A DNA stretch of 64,000 nt from Azolla caroliniana (GCA_043228905.1 JBHGNT010000005.1:868001-932000), one strand, 5' to 3'; positions 36,531 to 50,541 are shown, numbered from the stretch's first letter. Notes: generated by a model from the letters alone, not told the origin. Numbers and translations are program-made.

Positions 36531-37741
36531 GCGTGTATCTACAACTAAATTCGCACCGAATTCCATCTGTTGTAGATAACCATTGAATTGACCGGAAAAG
36601 TATTCTCTTTCGCCATCCGACCGCAGGCACTTGATCTTTCTTCTTGTTTCTGTTTCCACGAACCCTTTGAGGTCCCAGAAACAATCGAAGACTTCGCTCT
36701 TCCTCTCAATGAGGTAGATCCACGTGTGCCACGTGTAGTCGTCGATGAAGGAGACGAAATATCGGCTCCCGCCAAGACTAACGTTTTGTGCTGGCCCCCA
36801 CACATCGGAGTGTATCAAGTCGAGCTTATTCCGGCTCCGGTTACACTTGTTGGGGAAGGGAAGTCGGTGTTGCTTCCCAAGCTGGCAGGCTTCACAAATT
36901 TGTGCCTTCCGGCCACTAAATTTGGGCAATCCGAACACCACATGTTTAGATTGCAGGTCTTGAACCCGTTGGTAGTTGACTTGGCCTATCCGCTTGTGCC
37001 ATAAGTCGATGTCCGACTCAACTTTTTGTCCCTTAGCAAATATTGCGGTGCCCCCGTCAGTAGAGTCGAGGATGAACATCCTCCCATCTCTGCGCCCTTG
37101 CGCAATAACACGGCCTTCTTCCTCAATGCAGCACCCAAGGTGTATAAACCAAACCTCCATCCCTTGGTCGACGATCTGTCCGACCGACACCAAGTTCTTC
37201 GTGATTGTCGGAACATGTAGCACATTCATGAGTTTCCCTTTCTGCCCGACATGGCTCAAGGGAACTTCACCGACATTCGCGATCGGATGCGGAGTGTCGT
37301 CTCCGGTTGCGACTACTCATGGTTGCGTCGGTTTCTCTAGGTACGAGAACCACTCCTTATGGCTCATCATGTGATTTGACATGCCGGAGTCGACGTACCA
37401 CACCTCATCCGATTTTGGGGTGGTCTGCTTCATTGAGTTTGCTTCGTGTCTTGTCACGAAGATTGGCCCTTTTCCGGCTTCTCTGAATCCTTCGGCGTAG
37501 TGCGACTGTTGCCGATTTCCTTTGTCGGTCTATCTGGAACCTGTTCCGGACCCGGTTCTCTCCGAATCAATGCGCTTTTTCCAGCACTCGCTCTCCCTGT
37601 GACCTTTCTTGCCACAGTACCAACATTCTGCGACGGATTTCCCTTGCCGGTTCTCGTCGCCTTGACTTCCTGTTGGGAGACAGGTCCCTCCGGATGGGAA
37701 GGGAAAAGAACAGTGCCGACGAACAAACTCGGCCGAATCCG

Positions 37742-38012
37742 TATGAGGTGGACCCGGCTACGAAGAGCCGGATGATACAGACTCGATATGAACCAGATGA
37801 GGAGTACCCGGTTACGAAGAACCGGATGGTACAGGCCCGGTGAGAACCGGAAGAGGAGTACCCGGCTACGGAGAGCCGGATGGTGCAGGCTCGGTGAGAA
37901 CCGGAAGAGGAGTACCCGGCTACGGAGAGCCGGATGGTGCCAACCCGGTATGAACCGGATGAGGAGTACCCGGCTACGGAGAGCCGGATGATACAGGCCC
38001 GGTGAGAACCGG
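37742..38012 (+). repeat. 54-bp tandem repeat, 5 copies, in the 5' LTR of J
   Basis: Unit GGAGTACCCGGCTACGGAGAGCCGGATGGTGCAGGCCCGGTGAGAACCGGAAGA. Confidence 0.9.
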
Positions 38013-38486
38013 AGAAAGAGACATATTTGTAAATATGTTTCTGAGAGCCCATCGAGGCTATATTTGTAAATAGCCGAAAAGTCATATTAGTATAAATATG
38101 AGTTAGGGCAAACTTTTAGGTAGTAGTCATTCTTGTTGGTGCAAGAATATAGAGAGAGTGCGGAACTGTGTACAGAGAGAGAGAGAGAGAGAAAGAGGTC
38201 ATTGCCTCTGTTGTAACCGCCGCCTGTGGCGAAGATCGTGAGCACGAGGTCGTTGCCTCCATGAACTCACTGTTTTGTACACTCTTACATAGTGACAGTT
38301 TGCAGCCTGTGGGCTGCCGTGGTTTTTCCCCTAGTTTGGGGTTTTCCACGTAAACCTCCTGTGTATCTTCCTCTTCTTTGTGTCATGTTCTATTTCCCGT
38401 TTTCTGTGTATCATTCTAAGCTCGGTTGTGGCCGAGCGTTGCGCATAAGGAACGTTGTAGTTCCCGTCAAGTGGTATCAGAGCGAA

Positions 38487-41400
38487 ATGACACAGAAAAT
38501 GGACGTATCGTTTGGCGGCATGTTCAAGCTCACCGGCTCCAACTATTCAGTGTGGAAGTCGAAGATGAGGGACATGCTCGTGGTTAAAGACCTCTAGCTG
38601 CCGGTTCAGTTCGGGGACAAGAGACCGGACAAAATCGACGCCGCGATATGGGAGGTGATGCACATGAAGACAATGGCGTACATACGGTGCTTCATCGACA
38701 TGAGCTTGTACAACAACTTCAATGAAGAGAGCAAGGCTCATGAGCTCTGGGAGAAGATCGGCATAATGTTTCAAAACAAAAATGTTGTTAATCAGGTTTC
38801 GGTATTCCGGAAGCTAGTAAGACTCCGGTACCAAGATGGCTCCAGCATGGCGGAGCACATGAATGCCTTCCAGGGGCTAATACACCAGGCAACTTCATTG
38901 GAAGTACCTCTCGCCGATGAGGTACTTGCGCTACTCCTGCTCGGTTCCCTCCTGGATAGCTGGGAGACGTTGGTTGTCACTTTCGGCAACGCCGGGCCGG
39001 AAGGAAAACGGTTATCCCTAGCAAGAGTAAAGTCGAGCTTGCTAGATGAGCAGGCGCGTCGGAAGGATAAAGATACGAGCTCCGACTCCAAAGCACTCCT
39101 TACTGAATCGGAACGCGGAAGACAGAGAAACCGTAGTCCCCAGAACCGGGAGAAGTCGGGGACACGGTCAAAGTCAAGGGGGAGGCCTACTTGCTTCTAT
39201 TGCGGCAAGCCGGGATACTTCCAAAAGAACTGTTGGCATTTCCGTAAAGAAAAGGAAACCGACGGTACCGATTCGAAGCAAACCCCGGACCGGAACGGTA
39301 AAGACCGAAGGGGGCCGGACCAGAAGGGAACGATGGAAATCACGGCAAGTGAAGAAGTCTAGTTGATGCTCATCACCGAGGAGTGTGAGATAAACCTTGC
39401 CGGCGACGAGATGACCTGGGTGGTAGACTCCGGAGCATCGTTCCACCTTACCCCAGACCGGAAATGCTTCTCATCCTACTCAGCCGATGACCACAACTGT
39501 GTCCGGATGGGGAATGAAGGTACATGCCGAATTGTCGGCATAGGAGACGTGCGGATGTCAACACCAACCGGATGCAAGTTGCTGTTGAAGGATGTCTGAC
39601 ATGTTCCGGAGGTTCGCCTGAACCTGATATCAGCCGGTCGGCTAGATGATGAGGGCTACACGGGTAGCATCCAGAACGGTGTCATGAAGTTCAGCAAAGG
39701 GAGCCTGATTGTGGCTCAGGCCTGGAAGGTCAACACACTGTACTTGATGAATGCCCGGTTATGCCCGGAAGAAGTGAACGTGGCTTCCGACACTACCGGT
39801 GAGTTGTGGCACAAGAGGCTGTGTCATATGAGCGAGAAGGGGATGAAGAGGCTTGCAGACGACAACCTCATTCCAGTGAAGGACGTGCACTTAGAGAAGT
39901 GCACTGATTGTCTGGTCGGTAAGCAGAACCAGACCTCCTTCCGACCAAGGCCATTGATGAGACGTAATGCACCACTGGAGTTGGTGCATATGGATGTGTG
40001 TCAAGTAGACACGAAGTCACATGCCGGAGCGCAGTACTTCGTGACGTTCATAGATGACCACAGCTGGAAGCTGTGGGCCACACCGCTGAAGACGAAGGAT
40101 CAGGTGCTATCCGTCTTCAAAGAGCTCCACGCGAGAGTGGAAAGAGAAACCGGCCGGAAGCTGAAGGCGGTTCGAGCAGATAACGGAGGTGAGTACCGGG
40201 GGCAGTTCGAGGAGTACTGCCGCTCAAAGGGAATCCGGCTCGAATTTACCGTGCCGAAGACGCCGGAACTAAACGGACTGGCCGAGAGGATGAACCGGAC
40301 CATAATGGAGAGGGTCCGAAGTATGCTAGCGCATGCAAAACTACCCAAGAAGTTTTGGGCTGAGGCACTGTCGACGGCGACATATGTGATAAATAGATCA
40401 CCCTCAGTACCCTTGGACGGAGACACGCCACAGAGAGTGTGGACCGGTAAGGACGTGTCCTACCGGCATCTGAAGGTGTTCGGGTGTCTCGCGTACGTGC
40501 ATGTAGCAAAGGACCGGAGAGGAAAGTTAGATCCAAAGACCCGGCCATGCATATTCCTTGGTTACGGTGACGATGAGTTCGGCTACCGAGTGTGGGACCC
40601 GGTCGAGAAGAAGGTATTCCGGAGTCGAGATATTATCTTCATGGAGAACAAGACGCTCGCCGACTGGGAGTCGGAGGAGAAGATAATGAACTCCGTGTTG
40701 ACCGGTAAGGATTAGTAGACCCAACCGGAGAGAGACCGGTTAGCACTCGAAGAACCAGCCGAATACAGTGAGGATACCGAACCGGCAAAAGAAGAAGTAG
40801 AGGAAGCTGAGACCGGAACCGGCCTAGACCCCGAATCGGATTCGGATGAAGAGCAAATGGAGCAGCCGGCTACCGAAGCCCAAAGACGGAGATATCCTCT
40901 CAGAGAGAGAAGGGCCCCCCGGAGATTTCCGGATGCAGAGCATGTTCTGTTGACCGATGAGGGGGAGCCGGAAAGCTTCAAAGAAGCGAAGGATGACACC
41001 CACAGCCGAAAATGGTTAAGTGCCATGCATGACGAGATGGATTCCCTGCATGAGAACCATACGTACAAATTGGTTGAGTTGGAAAGCTAACACTCCGAAA
41101 CAAGTGGGTGTACAAGTTGAAACCGGGAGAACCGGCAACCCCCTGAGATACAAAGCCAGGATCGTGGTGAAGGGGTTCCAGCAGAAGAAGGGCGTGGACT
41201 TCAACGAGATATTTTCCCCGGTAGTAAAGATGACCTCTATCCGGGCGGTGCTGAGTATAGCAGCAAGCATGGACCTCGAGGTAGAGCAGCTGGACGTGAA
41301 GATGGCGTTCCTTCACGGCGACCTCGAAGAGGAGATCTACATGGAGCAACCTGAAGGATTCGTGGAGAAGGGGAAGGAGCACCTGGTATGCCGGTTGAAG

Positions 41401-42529
41401 AAGAGCCTGTACGGACTGAAGCAGGCTCCTCGACAATGGTACCGGAAGTTCGACTCCTTCATGAACGATCAAGGGTACCACAAGACGCAGGCCGATCACT
41501 GCGTGTTTGTGAAGAAGTTCGAAGGAGGCGATTTCCTGATACTCCTCCTGTACGTGGATGACATGTTGATCATCGGACGAGACCAAGTAAAAATACGGAT
41601 GCTGAAGAAGGCTCTCAACCGGACCTTCTCAATGAAAGACTTGGGTCCGGCAAGACAGATGCTGGGGATGCATATCATTCGGGACCGGTCAAAGAAGCAA
41701 TTATGGCTGTCACAGAAGAAGTACGTGACAAAGATGCTTCACCGGTTCAACATGTCAGAAGCAAAACCGGTCAGATCGACACTTCCGGCAAACTGCAGGC
41801 TATCCGGTAAACAAAGCCCGAGGACGAAAGCAAAGAAGACAGATATGATGAAGATTCCATATGCCTCTGCTGTCGGGAGCTTGATGTACACAATGGTTTG
41901 TACCCGACCAGATATAGGATATGCAGTCGGAGTGGTGAGCCGGTTCATGAGTAATCCTGGCAAGGAGCACTAGAACGCGGTCAAATGGATACTCCGATAT
42001 TTGAAGGGCACCTCAAATATGTGTCTCCGATTCGGCTCAGGAAAACCTCAACTTGACGGTTTTACCGATTCGGACATGTCGGCTGATGTGGATACCAGCC
42101 GGTCTACATCCGGGTATGTGATGACATATGCAGGGGGAGCTGTTTCGTGGCAGTCGAGGCCTGCAAAAGACGGTTGCATTGTCGACCACAGAGGCGGAGT
42201 ACATGGCGGCTGTGGAAGCCATCAAGGAAATATTATGGATGAAGGACTTCATCGGAGAGCTCGGTATCCGGCAAGAGGAATACCGACTCTATTGCGACAG
42301 TCAAAGTGCCATCCACCTTGCTAAGAATGCGGCCTACCATTCTCGGATGAAGCATATCCAGCGAAGATATCACTGGATCCGGGAAAGAGTAGACGACCAG
42401 GAGTTCGCACTGACGAAGATCCACACGGCCGAGAACGGGTCAGATATGCTGACCAAAGTGCTGACACCCGACAAGCTGGATGCATGCCGGAAGAGGATCG
42501 GACTGATAAGACACCCCATGCCGGAGTGA
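38487..42529 (+). pseudogene. pol: gag-pol of J with several stops and frameshifts
   Basis: WVVDSGAS, ADNGGEY, LYVDDML, PYASAVGSLMY, RNase H. Confidence 0.93.
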
Positions 42530-42593
42530 AGGGGGAGTTTGTTGGGAGACAGGTCCCTCCGAATGGGAAGGGAAAAGAACAGTGCCGAATCCG

Positions 42594-42916
42594 TATGAGG
42601 TGGACTCGGCTATGGAGAGCCGGATGATACAGACCCGGTATGAACCGGATGAGTACCCGGTTACGAAGAACCGGATGGTACAGGCCCGGTGAGAACTGGA
42701 AGAGGAGTACCCGGCTACGGAGAGCCGGATGGTGCAGGCCCGGTGAGAACCGAAAGAGGAGTACCCGGCTACGGAGAGCCGGATGGTGCAGGCCCGGTGA
42801 GAACCAGAAGAGGAGTACCCGGCTACGGAGAGCCGGATGGTGCCGACCCGGTATGAACCGGATGAGGAGTACCCGGCTACGGAGAGCCGGATGATACAGG
42901 CCCGGTGAGAACCGAA
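42594..42916 (+). repeat. 54-bp tandem repeat, 6 copies, in the 3' LTR of J
   Basis: Same unit as in the 5' LTR with one more copy. Confidence 0.9.
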
Positions 42917-43073
42917 GAAAGAGACATATTCGTAAATATGTTTTTGAGAGCCCATCGAGGCTATATTTGTAAAAAGCCGAAAAGTCATATTAGTATAAAT
43001 ATGAGTTAGGGCAAACTTTTAGGTAGTAGTCATTCTTGTTGGTGCAAGAATATAGAGAGAGTGCGGAACTGTG

Positions 43074-43110
<37 letters not shown>

Positions 43111-44205
43111 GTCGTTGCCTCTGTTGTAACTGCCGCCTGTGGCGAAGATCGTGAGCACGAGGTCGTTGCCTCCGTGAACTCACTGTTTTGTACACTCTTA
43201 CATAGTGATAGTTTGCAACCTGTGGGCTGCCGTGGTTTTTCCCCTAGTTTGGGGTTTTCCACGTAAACCTCTTGTGTATCTTCCTCTTCTTTGTGTCGTG
43301 TTCTATTTCCCGTTTTTTGTGTATCATTCTAAGCTCGGTTGTGGCCGAGCATTGCGCATAAGGAACGTTGTAGTTCCCGTCACTTCCCCAGTTTCCGGAG
43401 GGTCCGGAATTGCTATCGGCATCACCTTGGTGCCTTCTTACTTGATCCCGTCGGCCGCCTCCATTGCGTACCGACTCGTCTCATCCGCCACGACCACGGG
43501 GCCTATCTCCCTTCGTGTATAGCATCTTGTTGTCGGCATGCGTGCTTGTCGACGCACCCGCGTGGTTCTCCACTACCAGGAGCATCGACTATAAGTCGAA
43601 AAAGGACGACGTATTCTCCTGTGTACACACAGCAGTTCGAAACGCCCCGAACTTCGACGCCAAACCCCTCGACCATCTCGCTTTCCTCAATGTTCACATC
43701 GATGGAAGCTAAGGAGTCGCATATGTCCTTAATCCTCGACGTATAGTCAGCCACCGACAAATCGCGTTGCCGTAGGTTGCTCAACTCCTCTCAGAGCTGA
43801 AGCTTCCTGGCTGTGGTGCTTGCGGCAAAAATCTTCTTCAGATTTTCCCACGCACCCTTCGGCGTTTTTGCATCCCGAACGTAGCTTAATAGTTGTTCAC
43901 CCACACAAGATGTGAAACAGTACAACACTCTGCTCGCCGATTGTTCCCATGCCGGGAAGTCTTTGTGTGTCGAATCGGGTGCTGTGTCATTTGCTCCATC
44001 GACATAGCTCCAGTAACCGTGTCCAAGCAGGTATTGGTACATGTTGTAAGACCAAGACGCATAGTTGTTTCTTTCGAGCTTCTCCGTCGGAAGCAAGCTA
44101 ACCATTCCTCTATCCATCGGTTTTCTTGTTCTTCTTCGTTGGTTTTTTTTTTCCCTTCAAGCAAAATCGACTGCAGAGGTTCTCAACCCTCGCGCTCTGA
44201 TACCA

Positions 44206-44643
44206 TGAAAAGAATTGTGTGCGGAAGCAATATAGGAAACCGAACAATAGAAAACGCAGGTTTAATGGAAAGCCTAGGTTTGCACAGTACGCATGGGAGA
44301 GACAAAGAGAGAGTAAACACAAGAACTTAATTCAAAAGATAATACTCAATCTATACATAGGATGTGCTCAGTGATCACTTTTATACAAGCCCTAACAATC
44401 GGGCTGACACAAGTATTGACAGTACTTGACTGCTCATAAATGAGCCTCGACTCTTACTCCCAAAACTATTCCTTACGAGGAATATCTTTCTAACGGCCTT
44501 TTGGTCTACGCACCGATACGGCCTTCCTACGCACCGGTCTGCGTACCGATTTCCAACCGATCTGGCCTAACCGATCGGTCCCAACCGATCCAGTCCTTGG
44601 CTTGCTCAGCTGATTCGGCTTATGTTGAGCTTGTCTCTCAACA
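44206..44643 (-). repeat. 5' LTR of I
   Basis: TG...CA ends adjacent to the PBS; similar to the C LTR ends and to 63340-63497. Confidence 0.88.
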
Positions 44644-45559
44644 AGACTTTTAACTTCAATGTAGAAAACCTAAGAATCTATAACCGGTACATTTGGTTCG
44701 TTGAAAGACTTTTATGATAGAAAGACGGTAGTTTGAAATTTTGTCATAAACTTGTTTGCTTGTTTGTGAATTGCCTTTATATCAAGCATTTATATCCTTT
44801 AAATGTGAAATGGACATAGTTATAATTTAGTTAAATGAAGGAGGTGTATATAAGTTAAACTAAACCTTTTAAAAGAGTTCCTCCTCATTTCAACAAACTT
44901 CCTAGAGCTAAATCTAAAGCCTCTTTTTTTTCATAAATAATGACTTTCATCACAAAAGAAAGAAACGCCATCGTGACTAACTTACAACAAAATATGGAAC
45001 CCTTCCAAGGATCTAAATACTAATATGACAACAAACTTAATGTCACCCTACACACCAATTCAAACGATGAATATGATGATATGTGACCTTGTAGAGTTCT
45101 CTCTCTTTGTGGTTGACATTTCGTTAGTCTCTAACAATGTCAATTCCCACAAAAGAACTCATTTAAACCTTAAAACATATTTTCTCACCCCAACTTGCGA
45201 ATCTAAAGTCTCTCTCTCTCTCATCCCTTAATTACCCCCTTTATGATAAGTCAAGGGCTTGTTAAGCCCTTCACCTTTTTTCTTTTCCCAAAAAACAATA
45301 TTCTTCATTAGAAGAAATTCTACATACATGACGAAATGATTAGTCTGACAACATTATAAAGGTTGTTGCCATGATGGGCCAATAAGAGAGCTCAACGACT
45401 CAGAGTGGAAAACTAAAAAGAATGGATGTCCATATGTTCATCCATGTAGTTGTCCATATGTTACATCATTATTCTTCCGTTCCCTCATGCTCATCAACAT
45501 ATGTAATAAATACCACATTTTTGTTTCTTATAATATATCAGTATCTACATAGATGTTGT

Positions 45560-46600
45560 ACATAGAGGCATACGCAGTCACATGTGATTCATCCAAACTC
45601 ATTGTTTCTTCAAAAGCTTTCTTTCCAAGCTCTACATTTCCTCAATTTCGACAAGCACCTAGCATAGTAAGCCACATCATGGTATTGGGATCTGGAATGG
45701 TGTTTGCTTCACTAGTTCTACTGCTTCACCCAATTATCTTGCATGGCTAAACAGATCAACCATGCAAATTTGATGCCCAACCAATGGATGAATTCCATAA
45801 TTTCCAGGCATGGCTTCACAATATATCTACCATGCATGTATTACTACAAGCATTGAGCACAACAAGAAAGATGACCGGATTGGGTAAAAATCCATTTCTT
45901 CTCATATGGTCAAATATAGAGAAAACATTTTCACCATATCCTATAATCAGAACATTCCATGAGACTATATTTCGAGTTGGAAGCATATCAAACACTTCAC
46001 GTGCTTTCTCTAAGACTCCACATTTAGCATATAGATCAACCAATGCATTGCCAACAACTTGGTTTCTCTTTAGCATGCCCATCTCCTCAATCTTTGCATG
46101 AATTTCTCTACCCTTTCCTATTGCTCCAATGCTAACACAAGCTTTTAGAGTATCTGTGATCAATGTATTGTATGTCACTATATCACCAATGGGAAGTTTG
46201 TCAAACACTGCCTTTGCTTTTCTTAGCATGCCACATTTCGAATACATATCCACTAGTGCATTTCCAACAAGTTGGCTTTTCCTTAAAAGGCCTTTCCTCT
46301 TAGCATCGAAATGTATCTCCTCACCCTTGTTTGTGGATAAAATGCACCCACAAGCTTTCAAAATGCATGCATACGTGACTTCATCTCTAGAAATTCCTTG
46401 AAGTTGCATCTTCTTGAATTGATTCAGCGCCTCCTCACCTCTTTCGCTTTTTCAAGTGAGCCACATTTGGCATACATGTCACTACTGGATTGCCAACATT
46501 TTGGCTCATTTTCAATTCAACACCTACTTCAACTATTGAATTTGTAGACACCAAACTTTCCATGTTGCCCATGCAACTATTTTCTTCAACATGTGTGTAC
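45560..46600 (-). pseudogene. Decayed PLS-class pentatricopeptide repeat (PPR) gene
   Basis: VTYACILKAC, VGNALVDMYSKCG, AREVFDMLPTRNIVSWN and an E-domain-like LGACR..GNVELGKKAFE. Deletions, frameshifts and stops. Boundaries approximate. Confidence 0.85.
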
Positions 46601-46809
46601 TTGCATTGCATTGAAGTTCTGAATTGCAAAATTCGGAATATATTTCGTCGAATACAACAATCACCTGCAAAAGAAAATGATTCTATTGTCCTCGTCCTCT
46701 CATGAAAGTATGCATTGCTTCAGCTCCCAACAACATCACCACTCATCCTTATCAAACAAAGACAATATGCTTCCTTATCCTCAGTCAACATGTCGCCCAT
46801 TACCACCAA

Positions 46810-47310
46810 CGTCCACATCAACCATCTCGCCGTAGAATAGCAAAGTCCTATACATACCAAAAAAAATAATGACACTACTCTCTTAATCCCCTCATGAAAT
46901 TCTATTTCTTCCCCCCACACCATCGTCACTCATCCTTTACCAAAATAGACAATGTTCTTCATTTTCCACATCAACCGTCAGTTTGTTTACCACCAAAGTC
47001 TTGTACAAACAAAAATAGAGTGAATGTGTTGTCTTCAGCCCCCAACACCACCATGATTCACTCATCCTTAAAAAAGAGAAAATTTGCTTCAAATACCACA
47101 TCAACCATCTTGTTGTATACCACCAAGGGCCTGTACCAAAAAACATAATGACACTACTCTCTTGATCCCCTCATGAAATTCCGCGTCTTCCCTCGACACC
47201 ATTGTCACTCATCCTTTACCAAAATAGACAATGTTCTTCGTTTTCCACATCAACCGTTTGTTCGTTTACCACCAAAGTCCTATACAAACAAAAATATACT
47301 GAATGTGTTG
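46810..47310. repeat. Imperfect tandem duplication, period about 279 bp
   Basis: AATGACACTACTCTCTT at 46868 and 47147; CCACATCAACC recurs four times. Confidence 0.75.
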
Positions 47311-47877
47311 TTTGTCAAAACCAAGAATAAAAGATAGAGTGATGGAAGAAGGATATACGAGAACATGAGAAGAAAGAAACGAAATGCGAATAGAAGAATG
47401 GGTGTATGTTATTCTCTGACCGGACAAGGCCTAACACAAGGTGTCACGGAGACACTTCACCAAAGGGTGGTTACGGCATAGGATTATGACTCAACAATTA
47501 CACCGACCTAAGTAGGTTACACGATTAGAGCGCTTTTGTTAATTACACGCGTAAGATATAACAGTAAGTACAGAACGGAAATCAACACAGAAGTATAAAC
47601 ACCATACGCTCTATTAATTATCCGCTGCGATTACAATGGGGTCCGGGCCTTTAAATAGGTTTCCGGCCCGTAGTACAAAACGGTGCCTATCGCACCTATT
47701 CGGGATCCGTCCGGATCTGGAACGGCATACCGTTTCCAGTCCGTCCGTCCACACTATGCTTATTTACAACCATACTTAATTAATTCCTTCACTCCGTATT
47801 TTGGACTCCTTGCCGGCCGGTAACACATGACACGCCCGTGGGACAGTACCTTGTACGTCGAACCCTTCTCGGCCCCT

Positions 47878-50541
47878 TCATTGTTCACCCAAATTGTCCA
47901 AAATACTTTGTTCCAGATTTTCCAATTGTTCTTCCGGTTGTGGTTGTTGCGGCTGTGCTTGCTGCTGCTGTTGTGGTTGCGGTTGGGACTGAGACTGCTC
48001 TGGCTGCTCTATAGGCGGCTGCTCCGTTTGTTTCTCTGACTCCGGCATCTCCGTTTGACTGCTTCCGGTCCGGTCTCCTTCCAGTAACGGTTCCTCATCA
48101 CTGAGGTTGACCGTAACCGGTTCTCGTGCTTTCTCTTCCCGGATCCGGGACCTCTCGTAGCTTTTAAACTGGATCTGCGCCTCCAGCCTGTCGTCGTCCA
48201 GCTGAGCTACAAGTTGCCGGACTTGCCCTAGTTGGTCCTCTGCCAAGGCTTGAAAGTCTTCGGCCAGCTCATCTCTTATGCCGGTGAAGTCTTCGGAAGT
48301 CAGCATATAGCAATCATCTCCCTCCTTCCGCCGGTTCTCTACGTCGGCCCGGAGCAACTGGAGTTCCGCCGCGTTCGTGGCCCACTTGGTCCACCATTTG
48401 ACGGAACCGTTGTCAATCAAGCTCTTGGTCTGGTTCAACCAGGCCCGCATGATATCCTGGATGCGACTTGCTCCCATTTGCACTCTACTTTCCACAACTT
48501 GTCGTTCCTCCTTCAACTGCTTGATGAGATTAGCCGTATCCTCTGCCTGCTCTCTGTAGCGCGTCAGCTGCCCTTGATATGTTGTTTGCAGCCTCTGCAG
48601 TACCTCCGCCGCTCTTTCTTTTTCCGCCTGCTGTTGCCTGAGGAGCTCTGTCTGAACCTTCTCTGCCTCTTCCAACTGTCTTCTGGTTTCCGCTTGTTCA
48701 TTAGCGTATGCCGTTGCGGTCCGATCAACTACTTGCCGGAGCTCATCCGTCCGTTCCTTGTGCTCCGTTTGCAACCGTTTATACTCCCGGTGCAAGTGCT
48801 CAAATTCCTCCGTTTTTTGTTTGAGCTTGCCGTTGATCTGGCGATGGTTCCGGTCCTCCCGGTCCTTTAGCTGTCGGAGTTCCTCTTTCAGGCGCTCTAC
48901 TTCTGTTTCGGCGTTTCTCCGGAGCCTGTCCTTCTCTTGCAGCATTTTCTCCTTCTCCTCCTTGAGCCGGTCGTACGCTTGGTGGCCTTTTCGTAAGCTC
49001 TCCTCGGCCCGGCGTAGATTCTCAGCAGTCTTTTTAAGTTCTGCCTCCGCTGCCGTCTTCAACTCTCTTTCGCGGCTCCTCAGCGCTTCTTGGGCAGCTA
49101 GCTCATCCTTTAAGTCCGCAAGCTCTTGGGCTTGTGCCGCATTTCTCTCCGGAACGGTTTCCGTTGCCGGGGTCTGATTGCTATGTACAGGTTGATCTGA
49201 CGCTTTATTCTGTACATTGCCTGGAGTCACCGGTGCTTGGACTTGTGTTGTCAAAGCCAATTGAGCCATTTCCCTTGTGACCCTGTCCAAGTCTTGTTCA
49301 AGGCTCCGGATTCTGGACCGGGCCGTCTCTAGATCTACGGTTGTGACGAGCAACCGTTCGTGGTGCGCTCTCTCCTCCGCCTCTATGTACTCGATCGCTC
49401 CGGCGATCTGCTCGCCTACCCACCGTAGCCACATGCTACTGGTGCCTTGCTGCTGTACTGGTCGGGTCGGCTCGTTCACTGTGGAATTGTCTGGCCTGAG
49501 TGCCTGTATCTGCCGTTCTGGTTCTACTCCTTGGCCGCTGTGTGTGCTGGCTGGGCTCGCCGGCTGTTGAGTTCCGGTTCTCGCCGTCTCCGGAGCCGTT
49601 GGAATGACTTCTTGTATAGAAGTCGACAAGGCCGGTTCTATACGCACCGATTCCGGTTCCTCCCTTGCGGTTTGCTCAGGTTGAGTTGGGGGCGTTTCTT
49701 CCTTTTGCGGGTCCGAACGCTCCCCCGCTGTCCCGGCGGTCCTACTTCTTGACCGTCGTTGGAGGTGCTCTACTGGCTCCTCCGTTTCCTCTTCCTGGGT
49801 AACGGCATGTGCCGTCAAGGGTTCTGGTTCCTTCTGTCCCGGTCGCCGTATGGTTATCTTAACGGGTAGGACCGGTGACACCTCCTCCGGTTCTGGGAGC
49901 CGTTTCTTCCCTTTTGTCGCCTTCGACGCCAGCAGCTGCTGTCGTTTGGACGCGGGCTTCGAGGTGCTTCCTTCCGATAATCTTGGCCGCTTCTTTGGCT
50001 GAACGGTCTCGACCGGCGGCACGAGCAATGTTATCCACTGAGCTACGGCATGCCACAGCTTCCGGCCCTCCTTGCCATCCTTTCCTCGTACCATGTCGAT
50101 TGCCGCACACAAACCGTCTGCAATCAACACCGGCCAGTCCACCTTGATCCCTTCATAGGTGGCTATGATCATCCCTGCCCGATTTTTTGGCATGACAGGG
50201 GGTCAGGGGTACACGTGGCCGTACTCATGGAGCACTCGAGCTATCTCCCTGAATAGCGGATCTTCGCCGCCCTGCGTTCGATAGCCTTTGCCGGCTAGAG
50301 AGTACTCACCGAAATATCGGATGAGTTGCTCCGAGGTTGGGTTATCGATCTGAAAAATACCTCCCTCCGGAAGGCCTGTTAGCGCACGGATCGCTTCCTC
50401 GGTGATGACTTTTGTGTCGAGCTCCTTGATGACCCGGTCGGCTTCTTTGTGCGGTGGTGCCTCCATGATGGTCAGGAACCCATCCAGTCCGTGTTGCTTG
50501 AGCCATTTCCTGGCCGCTTCCGACAGCGTTTGTGGTTCCAT
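47878..50541 (-). pseudogene. Extra ORF of K (about 887 aa, coiled-coil rich), one in-frame TGA at 50203
   Basis: The 190-aa and 771-aa ORFs share a frame. E/Q/K/R heptad-rich C-terminal half. The start ATG at 50541 is my choice. Confidence 0.8.

Larger units (their letters stand above)
37671..43382 (+). mobile_element. Ty1/copia element J
   Basis: LTRs 37671-38469 and 42540-43382, TSD CTTCC, PBS 38472-38483, PPT GAAGGGGGAG. Confidence 0.96.
29118..44643 (-). mobile_element. Ty1/copia element I (relative of C), base of the stack; own sequence at 29118-29836, 36531-37670 and 43383-44643
   Basis: 5' LTR 44206-44643, iMet PBS 44194-44205. gag, PR and IN fragments are collinear with C and rejoin across E and J. 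Confidence 0.9.

Noticed and set aside
37742-38012. CRISPR-like array
   Set aside because: Head-to-tail repeats without unique spacers, inside a eukaryotic LTR, and no cas genes.
47878-50193. Host SMC/myosin-like gene or true envelope gene
   Set aside because: It lies between the LTRs of K and shows no ATPase motifs, signal peptide or transmembrane helix.
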